This document shows, one piece after another, positions 1-10,721 of a stretch of DNA of 64,000 nucleotides. Under the pieces are notes generated by a model. That model was not told where the DNA came from, made no database searches, and worked only from the letters and a program-made list of their open reading frames with translations. How positions within the stretch are numbered: position 1 is the stretch's first letter; each line of letters begins with the position of its first letter. A program made the position numbers and the translations under genes. The stretch covers positions 96,001 to 160,000 of the IMG/VR virus record IMGVR_UViG_3300028588_000016; one strand, given 5' to 3'. Source of the stretch: a virus.

Positions 1-1
1 C

Positions 2-2149
2 ATTAATGTACATACGTCTAGCGTCTAGACTAAAAGCTGCACCTTGGATAGTTCCTGTACCGCTTGCAGCAGTAGAACTCTGATTAGCTAGCTTAGAGAA
101 TCTATTCGCTAAAGGAATATTCTTTCTGTCTTTAACAGCTCTAGTTCCTTCTGAAACTTTAGGAGCATAAACAAATCGACTAGTGGCCATTGATTTGTTT
201 AGTCTATATTTTAAAGAATTTATATTAGTTAACGTCCAACTAGCTGTCGTAGTAGGGTTAATGTTAGCATCTCCTCCAAATCCTTCATTAGTAATAACAG
301 GCGTAATACTAGAAACATCAGCAAACTCTATACCTATAATAGGAGATTTAAAGTTACCAAATATGTTTTCGGAACCACTAACAGATAAGTCAATATCCAT
401 ATTATTGGATCTTGTATATTTGTTTCCTCCTTTGTAATAACCTCCAGTAGTAGCAGATTCTTGAATAGAATAAAAAGGTTTATTAGTTACAACACCTGTA
501 TCTGTTACAACCGTAGCTTCTTTATTTTCTATTGCAATAGATTCAGTAGTCTTGTTAGAATACTTAATTATGTCTTCAATCTTGAAATCCACTGTATTAA
601 AATCTGGAGTATATAGAGGATCAGTATTAGTAATAATATTTTGCTTAACGTAAAGATCATTTAATAATTTATTAGTAAACATTCCTTTATAGAAATCGAA
701 ATGTTTATAAGTAGGTACTTGTGTAGAGTAATCTATATCAACGCCGCTTATCCTAACTATATAGAAATGATTTCTTCTTAAAGCGGTAGAGTTCCTAATT
801 AATCCTGTAGAGTTCAATAAAGTCTTCTGTATTGTAACATCTGGATTAGGGATAAGATTAACTCTTGCCGTACCTCCTGCAGTAGTACTATTGAAAGTAG
901 TTATAGCAGGTTCCTCAACTAATTCCATTTGAATAGAATTAACACCGTAGTAAGTAGGGTTATCAATCACTTTCACAACTGAATAGTCAGACCATGGATC
1001 ATAGAATTCTACATACAATATTAAACCGTTAGGATTGTCTCCTTCAAACTTGAAATCAAAGTCTACTTTAGCAGAATTGTTGTCAATGTAATACCTAAAT
1101 ATATCGTTAACTCCTGTACCTGCAGAAGCGTATTTACCTAATTCTAGATTAAAATCTTTTCTAAGTTTAGGATAAAGAGCGTAATCAGAATAAGGAGTAA
1201 CACTACCAATTACTTTAGCGTTAGCGGCTAAGTCTCCGAGTTTAGCAGCGACTTTTTTAACTGAACCTACTTTATCAACATAGAAGTTTTCTACAGTAGG
1301 TGAGCTAATCTGTACTTGCATACCTTTGAAATCTGCTAACGAATTACTAAATCCAATAGCTTCAATTACTGCTGATTTTTGAATATCAGTTCTTCTAGAG
1401 GTATCTACTACATTAATGTCGAATTGATCTATAGTTTCTAATTCTAGACCTACAGCAATAGTACCTTGATTCTTTTCTTTGAAATATACATACTGACCCT
1501 CTAAATCATCATCTGCATCTACTAACTTAACATCTTCTGATTTTATTTCAGCAAGGTTGTTGTCGTCTGTAACTTTATAGAACTTAAGCTTAAATAACTT
1601 TCTACTAGCAGGATTAGTACTAATGTATTTATCCATCTTAGTTTTGTTATCAATCTCGTCTTCTACAGATGCGGCAGTTGGATCATGTATATCGTATGTT
1701 ACTAAAAACATATCGCCTGGATTTAACTGCAATAGTTCAGGTTCAACTAATTTAGTCAAGACAGCTGTCTTTTCTTTAGTCGCAGGATTACCTGTATTAA
1801 CTATAAATTGACTAGTCTTGAAGTTCGCCGGTGAAAGGTTCTCAAAGTCACTAGTATTAAAATCTCTTTCTGGTGAAGGGAAAGAACCAACTTCTCCTTC
1901 TCCTGTTTCAGGATTGTATATTGCTAAGTAAATTATTCCACCATATTCTTGTATACCGACAGGTATAAAGCCTACAGGTAGTCTAGCTCGCTCAACTTTA
2001 CAATTACCTTTATCATTTTGCAGAACAAATTCGTTTCCATCGAATGTGATAACAGTAGCATTAAGTGCATCTGTTAGAACAGTCTTAGGTGTCGTTAATG
2101 GATTCAAATCCATTATCATTCCATCTGTAAATGTATTTTGCGTTTTCAT
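2..2149 (-). CDS. crAss-like tail stabilisation / muzzle protein (partial, runs off window start; not in ORF track)
   Basis: ATG at 2149 gives MKTQNTFTDGMIMDLNPLTTPKTVLTDALNATVITFDGNEFVLQNDKGN...GIIYLAIYNPETGEGEVGSFPSPER, the N-terminus I recognise from the crAss-like family; frame open wherever spot-checked, including the window edge. Confidence 0.85.
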   Translation of the reverse strand, partial: MKTQNTFTDGMIMDLNPLTTPKTVLTDALNATVITFDGNEFVLQNDKGNCKVERARLPVGFIPVGIQEYGGIIYLAIYNPETGEGEVGSFPSPERDFNTSDFENLSPANFKTSQFIVNTGNPATKEKTAVLTKLVEPELLQLNPGDMFLVTYDIHDPTAASVEDEIDNKTKMDKYISTNPASRKLFKLKFYKVTDDNNLAEIKSEDVKLVDADDDLEGQYVYFKEKNQGTIAVGLELETIDQFDINVVDTSRRTDIQKSAVIEAIGFSNSLADFKGMQVQISSPTVENFYVDKVGSVKKVAAKLGDLAANAKVIGSVTPYSDYALYPKLRKDFNLELGKYASAGTGVNDIFRYYIDNNSAKVDFDFKFEGDNPNGLILYVEFYDPWSDYSVVKVIDNPTYYGVNSIQMELVEEPAITTFNSTTAGGTARVNLIPNPDVTIQKTLLNSTGLIRNSTALRRNHFYIVRISGVDIDYSTQVPTYKHFDFYKGMFTNKLLNDLYVKQNIITNTDPLYTPDFNTVDFKIEDIIKYSNKTTESIAIENKEATVVTDTGVVTNKPFYSIQESATTGGYYKGGNKYTRSNNMDIDLSVSGSENIFGNFKSPIIGIEFADVSSITPVITNEGFGGDANINPTTTASWTLTNINSLKYRLNKSMATSRFVYAPKVSEGTRAVKDRKNIPLANRFSKLANQSSTAASGTGTIQGAAFSLDARRMYIN

Positions 2150-3044
2150 TGTCTATTTGAATGTCTTGGAAAAAAGCGTATCTTAAATCGTCCTTAAACT
2201 CCATTTTATATATGTTCATAGCATAATTCTTACAAGCTGTCAACTCTTCCAAGTATCTTGTAAAACTAGCCTTAACCGTTTCTCCCTTGTTAAACAGTTC
2301 CATGTTTTTATCAGTAAGTGAGAAGTAGAAAGTACCATCATGTTTCGGTTTATTCTTCTTATTCTTCATTAGAAACCTGACTTTCCTACGAACTTTTACA
2401 TATTGAGTAGGGCTAAAGGAACCACTAAGATACACAAAAAATGCGTCTTTTCCGCTATCTAAATTAATATAACTATCTACTCGATGTATCATTCCTTTAA
2501 ACATCATATTTAAACCATGTCTAATACAAGAAGATATAGAAGATCTCTGTATCTCTGGAAACATCTCTTCCATCTGAGTAGTTATCTCTGTAAGCGTACT
2601 GATGTTACTATTTTGATAAGTTAAGTTTTTGGCTTTATTATCAATCATAATGTCATACATATGTTTAGGTACGTGTATACCAAATCTGTGAGTCGGTCTA
2701 TTAGGGTACTTTATTTCAATACATATACCATTCATCTGAAATCCTAAATCAAAAGGATCAGCTCTACCTTTACAATATCTGAACAAAGGTTTACTTTGTT
2801 TTTGATTTAACTCTATTACTTTTATCTTAGCATCTAAGTTCTTATAAGGTAGTTTAAATATAAATTCTCGATTTACTACGCCATTAATTATTAGACGTAA
2901 AGCATGTAAAAATATACGATGTATAATCCTAATCTTAGTAGAGTTACTACCTTCTCCAAGAACACGCCTAATAGCGTATCCTTGGTTAGGTATAACTTTC
3001 ATAAGTTTCGTATCGTAAGACTCAAATAAATCTTTCATACGCAT
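2085..3044 (-). CDS. conserved crAss-like protein (IHF-like annotation) between ring and muzzle genes
   Basis: ORF track start 3188 lies inside the upstream gene; ATG at 3044 (MRMKDLF) is more plausible; synteny with crAss tail module. Confidence 0.6.
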   Translation of the reverse strand: MRMKDLFESYDTKLMKVIPNQGYAIRRVLGEGSNSTKIRIIHRIFLHALRLIINGVVNREFIFKLPYKNLDAKIKVIELNQKQSKPLFRYCKGRADPFDLGFQMNGICIEIKYPNRPTHRFGIHVPKHMYDIMIDNKAKNLTYQNSNISTLTEITTQMEEMFPEIQRSSISSCIRHGLNMMFKGMIHRVDSYINLDSGKDAFFVYLSGSFSPTQYVKVRRKVRFLMKNKKNKPKHDGTFYFSLTDKNMELFNKGETVKASFTRYLEELTACKNYAMNIYKMEFKDDLRYAFFQDIQIDNENAKYIYRWNDNGFESINDT

Positions 3045-3072
3045 GCTATGTGAAAATCTGGAGAAAGGGTAT

Positions 3073-3762
3073 TTACCTGTAGAGTTTAAGAGAGATTCCG
3101 TATCTCTTTCTGTCCCATGATCCTTTAACATCCAATATTTGATCCATTTCGTTCTGGTTAAGATACATTGGTGTGCGTGCATTGTCACACATTCTTTGCC
3201 AGTCCTGTTTTAACATTTGTGCTAACTGAATTGTAGCTTGATCTCTTGCTGTCATTCCTCTCTTATTCAAAGTAACATATGCACAATAAGTTGCAATAGC
3301 TGCTACTTCCTTAACGTTAAGAGAAGGTAAACCATTTTCATCTAATTCTACTCCTTTATAAATCATAAATACGGTAGATAGATTTTTATTATCTAAATGT
3401 AAAGTATCACCTACTCTACTATATGTAAGCATACCGCCTGGAGAATAAAGGCTATGATGATGTGTTTGATAAGCTTGTACATATTGTTCTATATACTGTC
3501 TAGAAAAATCATCAACAGATACATTGTCTGTACTTTGATATTGTTCTTGACCGCCTGTTATCACTTCAATTACATCTACATTACAAGGTAATTCTAGAAT
3601 ACCGTCAGTACATGTAAAAACATGTTTATATGTACGAGTATATTTATTACCTATTAAATCCCAAGCATGTAAGCCTATGTTTTCAAACTCATCATCTTCT
3701 AAAGTAATATCGTAGAAAGTCTTAAGATGAGTAATTGCGTTATAAAATGGATATAGTTTCAT
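3073..3762 (-). CDS. tail tubular / ring protein (P22 gp4-like, crAss type)
   Basis: DEFENIGLHAWDLIGNK and LELPCNVDVIE motifs; synteny. Confidence 0.75.
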   Translation of the reverse strand: MKLYPFYNAITHLKTFYDITLEDDEFENIGLHAWDLIGNKYTRTYKHVFTCTDGILELPCNVDVIEVITGGQEQYQSTDNVSVDDFSRQYIEQYVQAYQTHHHSLYSPGGMLTYSRVGDTLHLDNKNLSTVFMIYKGVELDENGLPSLNVKEVAAIATYCAYVTLNKRGMTARDQATIQLAQMLKQDWQRMCDNARTPMYLNQNEMDQILDVKGSWDRKRYGISLKLYR

Positions 3763-4430
3763 TATTTAACTGCTTGATCATTAGGTGTGTGGGCTGTTGC
3801 CATTTGTCTATAGTATCTAATATATTCTTCTGTAACTCTTTTAATAATTTCTTTATCTAAGAATGAATCATTATAAACATCGATTCCATTGCAGCAACCG
3901 AATTCAGCTACTTGTCTAGGATCTTTAAAGATACCTACTACAGATAACGAAGTTATTAAAGGTAAGTTGAATAAGAATACATCATACATGTTATTCGCAT
4001 TAGGTGCAGTATCTACCCAAGCATAAGGTTGATCCGCTCCGCGTCTGTTAAATTTATGATGTCTCCAAGAACTATCTGTGTAAACTTTAAACCTTACACG
4101 TCTATCTGTAGAACCTAAGAAATCAATAGCAGCGCTACCGAAGTCATTGATTAATTGAGGAATTTCAGTATGTTTAACTTTTTCTTCTTCTGCTTTTGTA
4201 GTGCAACATCTATCTAGAGATTCGCAATCTACTGCTAAACAGTTAATAGGAAGAATAAGATCTTTAACTGGAATTAAGTTTTTCATACTATATTCCTTTA
4301 TAATTGCTAACCTAGTACGAATAGCATCATCCTCAATCTGTTCTAATGTAAATCTATTGTTAACGTTTACACCGGATGCTCCCGATACTACGTTATTATA
4401 TATTGCCGAGGTTATACTTTCTAAAGCCAT
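3762..4430 (-). CDS. crAss-like ring (neck) protein
   Basis: SAIYNNVVSG...LEQIEDD...RLAIIKEYS...INCLAVDC motif; synteny. Confidence 0.7.
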   Translation of the reverse strand: MALESITSAIYNNVVSGASGVNVNNRFTLEQIEDDAIRTRLAIIKEYSMKNLIPVKDLILPINCLAVDCESLDRCCTTKAEEEKVKHTEIPQLINDFGSAAIDFLGSTDRRVRFKVYTDSSWRHHKFNRRGADQPYAWVDTAPNANNMYDVFLFNLPLITSLSVVGIFKDPRQVAEFGCCNGIDVYNDSFLDKEIIKRVTEEYIRYYRQMATAHTPNDQAVK

Positions 4431-4444
4431 ATTTGTCTTAAACC

Positions 4445-4479
4445 AAAAAAGGCAGACAGTTTTATGCTGTCTGCCTTTT
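4445..4479 (-). terminator. intrinsic terminator after auxiliary capsid gene
   Basis: GGCAGACAG/CTGTCTGCC 9-bp stem followed by T6 on minus strand. Confidence 0.8.
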
Positions 4480-4500
4480 ATAAATTAGCTATTAAATTGA

Positions 4501-5400
4501 TTATGGATTAGCAACCACACCTGTCTTAGCAACAACTACTGAACCTGCTCCGAAAGCTTCGGTAAGCAAAGTTTGGAAAGCTGCTGACTGAGAAGCTAAT
4601 ACATAGATCGTGTGAATTGTTTTTGAAGTGATCAATTGACCAACTGCACTTTGACCGTAGATGTTACGAACAACTTCCATATAGATGGTATATTGATCGT
4701 AAATTGAATTAGCAACTGGACGCTCATCAAGTAAAGTACCTTGGAAACGAATGTTCTCAACTGTAGGTAATTGGATGTTCTTAGTAATGAACCAAGAAGT
4801 ACCGAAACCTTCTTTACCTGCTGTAGTGATAGTACCTGCAACTAACAAGTTAGTAGCAACTTCACCTGTGTAAGTGTCAGGAATTAAACCAACTGTTTCT
4901 AAAGCTACACCTTGTAGTCTTTTGTATTCATCATTTGCAGTGATTACTAAGTTAGTAGTCGAAGCAGTGATAACTACATCTGGATAAGGAGCTAATGCTT
5001 TATTGAATGAAGCAGCTAAAGCCGTAGCTAAAGCAGCTGCAGATGCAGGAGTTGAAGCAACGTAATATTCTGCGAAAGTTGGACGACCTTGATTAATGTC
5101 CCAACGAGAATAAGCACCAGCTGAACTTCCTGATAATCTTGAATCTAATGATAAACGAATTACTTTACCTGTTAAGTCAGCTAAAGTTAAACCCGCTAAT
5201 GCGATTGTAGCAACCTCTTTTACCGGTGCATAACCAACATTCTTAAATGTACCAGTTACAGCAGATTTGGCAAATTTACCATATCTTTTGATGAATAAGG
5301 CAGTATCGCCATCTTTCAATCCTGGATCTTCTGTACTGTCTAAAACAGTAACGTCTGCTAATGAATTAAGGATTAGCTCGCCTCTTGTGTAATCAAACAT
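4501..5400 (-). CDS. auxiliary (decoration) capsid protein
   Basis: 299 aa, Ala/Thr-rich, followed by its own terminator, in the position of the crAss auxiliary capsid gene. Confidence 0.65.
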   Translation of the reverse strand: MFDYTRGELILNSLADVTVLDSTEDPGLKDGDTALFIKRYGKFAKSAVTGTFKNVGYAPVKEVATIALAGLTLADLTGKVIRLSLDSRLSGSSAGAYSRWDINQGRPTFAEYYVASTPASAAALATALAASFNKALAPYPDVVITASTTNLVITANDEYKRLQGVALETVGLIPDTYTGEVATNLLVAGTITTAGKEGFGTSWFITKNIQLPTVENIRFQGTLLDERPVANSIYDQYTIYMEVVRNIYGQSAVGQLITSKTIHTIYVLASQSAAFQTLLTEAFGAGSVVVAKTGVVANP

Positions 5401-5433
5401 CGTTTAAATAAGTGTTTTATTTGTTATTATTAA

Positions 5434-6258
5434 TTATCTTTTACCTTGCTGCTGTTGTTCTTGTGCAGGGTTGGCTATTGTTTGGTTGACCGGTATATTG
5501 GTCTGTAATCTAGGATCGCTTGCGTTTTCTAATAATAATTTAGTCAACTCTTTGATTATCTCTTGACATACATAATCTGGAAACTCTAACACTTGTGAAG
5601 TATCATCAGTTAGATCAACTTCTGCTTGAGTAAGAACTATACGTCTTGGAGCTTTTAAATAGTCAATGTGAATTCTGGTAAGCGTGAATAACGAATTATC
5701 CTTGCCATATCTGATTTCAACTTTAACTGGTGCACCTCCAGAATATCTAACACCTTCTTGAATCTCCGGAACATTTGGAGAAGTAGGATTAGCTGGTGGT
5801 GGTGTATCTACGGTATTATGAATGTAATAATAAGGTAGCTTATACGATGGTCTCAAATAATAGTTGTTAATTATTTGAGAGTACATATCTGATGTTAATC
5901 TTTTAGCACCGAAGTAAACAGGCTCTGATGGAGTATAACATTTAAACACTTTAGTTGCTGTATATTCTACAATACAATTAAGCATATGAAAATAATCCGC
6001 AGGTAAATCCGCAGTGTAAGTTGCTCCCTGCAGTTTGTTGCCTGTTACTGCAACGATATTTGAGATTGCGACAGTACCTTTTAAGACTCTTAAATCATCT
6101 GTTGTTTGTTGATTTACATCATATACGTTATAACGTAGATTGATGTAATTGTACACCGCTTTATTGATAAAGTAGTTATAATCTTCTAATAAAAGGCTCG
6201 GAGCTTGAACCTTATTCATTTCGATTAACGTGTACTCGAATAATTGTCTTGCTGTCAT
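5434..6258 (-). CDS. crAss-like ring / head-tail connector protein
   Basis: MTARQ...APSLLLEDYNYFINKA...YDVNQQTTDDLRVLK conserved motif. Confidence 0.75.
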   Translation of the reverse strand: MTARQLFEYTLIEMNKVQAPSLLLEDYNYFINKAVYNYINLRYNVYDVNQQTTDDLRVLKGTVAISNIVAVTGNKLQGATYTADLPADYFHMLNCIVEYTATKVFKCYTPSEPVYFGAKRLTSDMYSQIINNYYLRPSYKLPYYYIHNTVDTPPPANPTSPNVPEIQEGVRYSGGAPVKVEIRYGKDNSLFTLTRIHIDYLKAPRRIVLTQAEVDLTDDTSQVLEFPDYVCQEIIKELTKLLLENASDPRLQTNIPVNQTIANPAQEQQQQGKR

Positions 6259-6270
6259 TTATGTTTTTAC

Positions 6271-7149
6271 TTAGGCTTTTGCCTTTTTAGGAGTCGTCTT
6301 AGTCATAGAAATCAACTCTTCTCCTGTATAGTCGTTTGGATCAATCTCCACTTCTAATTCAGCGTAATGCTCTGGATAAGTTTGTTGTTTAATGATGTCT
6401 AAAATTCGCTTGTTCATTGGGTTTTTAAACCATTGAATAACCGCGTCTTGATTCAATCCTAAAATTTGGTTTTCACCATATTGATATACTTTATCTCTGT
6501 ACTGAATTACAAATCTATCTAATGCGTCAAGCAATAGGATACGTAAATTAGTGTCTGCACCAGTGTACAAGTTAATAATTACATCAGGAGTTTCTTTAGC
6601 TAAATCTAAAAGATATTCTTTAACATCTGATAAAGGCAATTGAGTCATAGGATTTCCTAATAATCTAGCCTTTTGATATAGTCCATCATGGCTATCTCCA
6701 AATACGAAAGACTCAGCATTGTGACGTTGTTCACGTAAGCTAACTTTCATTTTAGATACTTGACCTAAATGTTCTACATAGAATTCAGCGCTACCGTATC
6801 GTCTAAGATTACCGTCAATTACAAAGTTTCCTTTTGTATCTCTAATCGTACGATCTAAAGCGATACGTCTAGAGTCTTTAATAGCATCCCACCAAGCGGC
6901 GTCAATTTCGTTATTTAAATCGAAGGTCTTACCATCAAAGATAGTAATGTCCTCGTTTTCTCCGATAACATAGCGTCCTGTTTTTCTATCATCTTCTGTT
7001 TCTTGAATATCGCCTTGCGAATTAACCCTACGAACAGAGTCTGCATAACGTCCTGTAACAGGATGTTTAGCTGGCTGCAATGTTACTTTTGGTATTTTAA
7101 ATACACTTCTAAGGGTAATAATATTACTTTCTTCTGGTAATTTTGACAT
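6271..7149 (-). CDS. conserved crAss-like protein downstream of MCP
   Basis: ITLRSVF...QPAKHPVTGRY..VRRVNSQGD motif; synteny. Confidence 0.65.
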   Translation of the reverse strand: MSKLPEESNIITLRSVFKIPKVTLQPAKHPVTGRYADSVRRVNSQGDIQETEDDRKTGRYVIGENEDITIFDGKTFDLNNEIDAAWWDAIKDSRRIALDRTIRDTKGNFVIDGNLRRYGSAEFYVEHLGQVSKMKVSLREQRHNAESFVFGDSHDGLYQKARLLGNPMTQLPLSDVKEYLLDLAKETPDVIINLYTGADTNLRILLLDALDRFVIQYRDKVYQYGENQILGLNQDAVIQWFKNPMNKRILDIIKQQTYPEHYAELEVEIDPNDYTGEELISMTKTTPKKAKA

Positions 7150-7184
7150 TAATTTATTATTTCGTATTGTTTCAATTTGTAACT

Positions 7185-7220
7185 AAAAAGGAAAGCTGAA
7201 CAATATGCTCAGCTTCCTAA
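7185..7220 (-). terminator. intrinsic terminator after MCP
   Basis: AGGAAGCTGA/TCAGCTTTCCT stem plus T run on minus strand. Confidence 0.7.
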
Positions 7221-7228
7221 TTTATATC

Positions 7229-8647
7229 TTATTGGTTTTCTTCGATGATGAATGAACGATAAGGATTGTATACACCCACACCGGCATAACCCATGTGAAC
7301 GATTTTCGATCCTGCTACTGGAGACGAGATGTCGCCTGAAGTAACACCGTCTAAACCACCAACACCTTTCAATACACCACGAATGAATTCTCCACCTTTT
7401 AAAGTGAACATTTGCATAGCAGGTGTACCGCTAGTAGCATCAGCTGTTAAATCAATAACAATACCGTATGCTCTGTCTGGATACTCTAAAGTAAATGCTT
7501 TATCTACTTGGAATGAAATTTGGTTACCGCCCATTTCGTAAGTATCGAATGTAGTACCTACAGCAACGTTTTTACCAGCTTTCTTAGAGTAGAAGAAAGT
7601 ACCATCAGTTTTCCAATCTTTCAAATATGCACGAAGTACACGTTGAATTTGAGACCACAATCTTTCGTTAACGATAAACACATATTGGTTACCTGTTGAT
7701 TTCTTAGATTTTTGTCTCATGAATTCCATGATAGTATCAAAGATCTCGATTGATAGTTTTGCATAACCGTATTTGTTAGCGAAGCGCTCAATTTGAGGGA
7801 TGATACCATTACCAATCATAATTGGACGATTAGTAGCTGGATCCATAACAGTAGATTTACCGTTAACATCTATACTTGATTTACCGAACAATAATGCGTT
7901 GTTACGTGCTTCTAAGAAGCTAGTAAGCAATTCTTGTTCTTTTCTCTTCATCTTGTAAATGGTTTCAGCAGAAGTACCTTTACCTTCGTTTTTACCAGTA
8001 GAAATGAATACATCTTCTAAAGCAGCAAATTGAGAAGAGAAAGAAACGTCATTTCTGTGAATTGAAATGTGCTCTCTGTGACGCTCAATGTTTGATTGAT
8101 ACTTAGTGTAACCTTCTTCTGATAACTCAGGGTGATAGTTAGTTAAGAAACGAGTCTGCATATTTGGTTGACAAGCTGACGCATCTAACAATGACTGACC
8201 GTCGTTGTCGATGATTTGACCTACAACAACCCAGTGATCAGCAGCGATCTTTTGAGGCGCGTACTTAACAATAACTTGCTGACGAGATTTTTCGATACGG
8301 AATGTATCATATTTCTCGTAGTAACGCTCTTTGAAAGCGAATACGATATCTGAACCGTTTGAACCGTCACCTTCTGGTACAGCAGCGAATTCTACACGTT
8401 TGATGTACTCGATGTCCAATTCCCACTCAAATAACAAAGCGTCGATTTGTTGGAACTTAGATGGAGACTTCTGGTTTGTGTAAATGTTCATTAATGACTC
8501 TGTCAAATAAGACGCAGTCAACTCTGGGTACATTTTGGAAACGATGCCTAATCTATGTGGCTTAGCGCCTAAGAACTTCGCAAAGTCTGCGTAGGTTCTT
8601 GTGTCGCCCATGTTAGGGCGAATGGTAGTCATGTCAAAGACTTTCAT
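7229..8647 (-). CDS. major capsid protein (HK97 fold, crAss type)
   Basis: 472 aa; RPNMGDTRTYADFAKFLG, FKERYYEKYD, GYAGVGVYNPYRSFI motifs; strongly biased codon use. Confidence 0.9.
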   Translation of the reverse strand: MKVFDMTTIRPNMGDTRTYADFAKFLGAKPHRLGIVSKMYPELTASYLTESLMNIYTNQKSPSKFQQIDALLFEWELDIEYIKRVEFAAVPEGDGSNGSDIVFAFKERYYEKYDTFRIEKSRQQVIVKYAPQKIAADHWVVVGQIIDNDGQSLLDASACQPNMQTRFLTNYHPELSEEGYTKYQSNIERHREHISIHRNDVSFSSQFAALEDVFISTGKNEGKGTSAETIYKMKRKEQELLTSFLEARNNALLFGKSSIDVNGKSTVMDPATNRPIMIGNGIIPQIERFANKYGYAKLSIEIFDTIMEFMRQKSKKSTGNQYVFIVNERLWSQIQRVLRAYLKDWKTDGTFFYSKKAGKNVAVGTTFDTYEMGGNQISFQVDKAFTLEYPDRAYGIVIDLTADATSGTPAMQMFTLKGGEFIRGVLKGVGGLDGVTSGDISSPVAGSKIVHMGYAGVGVYNPYRSFIIEENQ

Positions 8648-8692
8648 TTAATTGATTTTAATTAACTTGTAAATAATGTGTGTAACTTGATG

Positions 8693-9886
8693 CTAGTGGA
8701 GGTCGTCAATCGACGCTACCTTTTTCCCATTAGACTTTGATGTATTGGCTCTGACTGCGCTAACTTTGCCACTCGTAGTGGTCTTAGGTTTTGCTTCATC
8801 TTTACCTTTAGCATATGCGGCTTTAGTCCGCACATCGATTTGCTTAATGTAGTAGTCATGGATCATTGCAAAAGCTTCTTCGCCTTTCTCTGCAAACCAT
8901 GCTAATTTAAATAAAGAATCAGGTTGCTCTAACATCTTATGGAATTTACTAACTCCATTGATGTTTTTATTAAGTACCGTATCCAACACCAAGTTCTTAT
9001 CATCGTCGTTTATTGCTAAACCACCGATATCTTCAACCTTAACTGCAACTTCGATTAAGCTGTTAGATAAGTCTTGAAAAGCTTCAAGTTCTTTTTGTTG
9101 TGTAGCTACCTGCTCTTGTTCTTTACTTTGAATTTCAAGTTCAACATACTCTTTACGTAATCTGTCTACTTTCTTCTTGAATAATTCTTCGTACTGTAAT
9201 TCCTTTTCAAGTTCAATTTGCAATTCTTCTTCAGTCCAATCTTCATACTTTAACTGTAAGTCCATTAGGAATAACTCGTTGTCATCATAGTCATCAACCA
9301 TAAAGTTTTGACCGTTCTGTTCGCGTAGATATTCTTCAATAGCTTGACGTTTGGTATATTCTAAAACGTCTTCTAAAGTAGCATTGTTCTGTCTTAACAA
9401 CTCTATAGTTCCAAGCTCATCTTCTGTAAAGGTAGGCTCTTCAACTGTAGTGTCTGTTTTTAAGATTTCAACTTGATCTTCGTAAGGTAAGCTGTAGAAG
9501 TCAACTTCTACAACCTCGTCATTTTCGTCTAAATATTGTAAAGCTCTAGGATCTTGAATCCCTCTACTTTGTAATAGATCGTTAATGATTTTGCTTTCAA
9601 CGATTGAAGGTAGATCAGAGTCATTTCCGGTATTCTCAATTGGATTACCATCCTCGTCTACTTCATCATCGTCTCCGCTATATATAGAATCGCCTGGATC
9701 GTTTCCGATGTGAACGTACATGTCGTCTTCACTCTCGTTTACGAAACCTTCTTCGTCTATTAAATCTAAATCGTCTGGATCGCTTAACTCGTCTCCAATT
9801 AAATCATTTATACCTGATTCGTTTATCGACAAGTTATCCTCTTCTAGATCGTCTAGTAAGTCGTCGTGTGAGTATTCTTGTGCCAT
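8693..9886 (-). CDS. acidic scaffold-like capsid assembly protein
   Basis: Very Asp/Glu-rich, helical, immediately upstream of MCP. Confidence 0.6.
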   Translation of the reverse strand: MAQEYSHDDLLDDLEEDNLSINESGINDLIGDELSDPDDLDLIDEEGFVNESEDDMYVHIGNDPGDSIYSGDDDEVDEDGNPIENTGNDSDLPSIVESKIINDLLQSRGIQDPRALQYLDENDEVVEVDFYSLPYEDQVEILKTDTTVEEPTFTEDELGTIELLRQNNATLEDVLEYTKRQAIEEYLREQNGQNFMVDDYDDNELFLMDLQLKYEDWTEEELQIELEKELQYEELFKKKVDRLRKEYVELEIQSKEQEQVATQQKELEAFQDLSNSLIEVAVKVEDIGGLAINDDDKNLVLDTVLNKNINGVSKFHKMLEQPDSLFKLAWFAEKGEEAFAMIHDYYIKQIDVRTKAAYAKGKDEAKPKTTTSGKVSAVRANTSKSNGKKVASIDDLH

Positions 9887-9910
9887 TATTTCATATTAGT
9901 CATTAATGTG

Positions 9911-9918
9911 CGAAGATA
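9911..9918 (-). promoter_or_regulatory. variant Bacteroidota -7 box TATCTTCG upstream of scaffold-MCP operon
   Basis: One mismatch to TAnnTTTG, 24 nt upstream of ATG. Confidence 0.45.
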
Positions 9919-9960
9919 CTAAATTTAATTAGTAAGTCCTGCATATTAGGTGAATTATTT

Positions 9961-10260
9961 TTACAATAAACTTACAAGGTAATCCTCGAAGTCTAAGATA
10001 TCTTTGTGACCTTGTGGCCAAGCGTGCTCTTTTGCTAACTCAACTACAAACTTTAAATCTTCTTCAGTTAACTCAAAAGTCTCTGCATCTTTAGCTTTTT
10101 CAATTACTTCAAAGATACGCATATCTCTACGCATTTCAGTAGTTGTAATACCTTGTTTTAATGGACGATGCATAATAACCGCCACTAGATCTGCATACTT
10201 AGCCAAGACCGTTTCGTCTAATTTAAGGTTTGTTTCTTTGTTCTCAACAATTTTTGTCAT
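9961..10260 (-). CDS. hypothetical protein (99 aa)
   Basis: Start reassigned to ATG 10260 because a promoter box lies in the longer ORF's 5' extension. Confidence 0.6.
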   Translation of the reverse strand: MTKIVENKETNLKLDETVLAKYADLVAVIMHRPLKQGITTTEMRRDMRIFEVIEKAKDAETFELTEEDLKFVVELAKEHAWPQGHKDILDFEDYLVSLL

Positions 10261-10284
10261 ATTCGTTCTTATTAATTTAAGATG

Positions 10285-10292
10285 CAAATATA
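10285..10292 (-). promoter_or_regulatory. Bacteroidota -7 box TATATTTG
   Basis: Exact TAnnTTTG, 24 nt upstream of ATG 10260. Confidence 0.6.
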
Positions 10293-10335
10293 AGTAAAAA
10301 TTCTCGAAGGACAAAGAAACAACTCCTTATTAATT

Positions 10336-10701
10336 TTATTCAACTACTGTAACAATAGCGAAGAAGTCTTTAAGCTTCTCTGCTAGAGCAGCGTACATCA
10401 AGGTTAGACTTAATGTCTCAACTTGAACATACTGTATTGCTTGTGGAGCACCTGTAATTTGAATCGACTGCTCTCCTACTAAAAAGTCTTCATGCGATTT
10501 GTAAAAAATAATACCTAATTCTGTATTAGGATTTGCAGCTGCTGTGCTTACATTCTCAGGAACAAATTGCTCGTCTTCATCGCCGTAGACATCTATTGTT
10601 TGTCTAACACTGTTAATTTTTACTATTGGAGATTCTACTTTGAATCCACCAGTAACTTTTAAGTTAACTGGGTTTTGTGCATTACCTATTTGTATGTGCA
10701 T
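10336..10701 (-). CDS. hypothetical protein, tail-fibre associated
   Basis: 121-aa ORF in operon. Confidence 0.55.
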   Translation of the reverse strand: MHIQIGNAQNPVNLKVTGGFKVESPIVKINSVRQTIDVYGDEDEQFVPENVSTAAANPNTELGIIFYKSHEDFLVGEQSIQITGAPQAIQYVQVETLSLTLMYAALAEKLKDFFAIVTVVE

Positions 10702-10721
10702 GATTTATTTTATTTAATGGT

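Noticed and set aside
3045-3188. 5' extension of the 367-aa ORF
   Set aside because: Lies mostly within the upstream ring-protein gene in another frame; ATG 3044 is the more parsimonious start.
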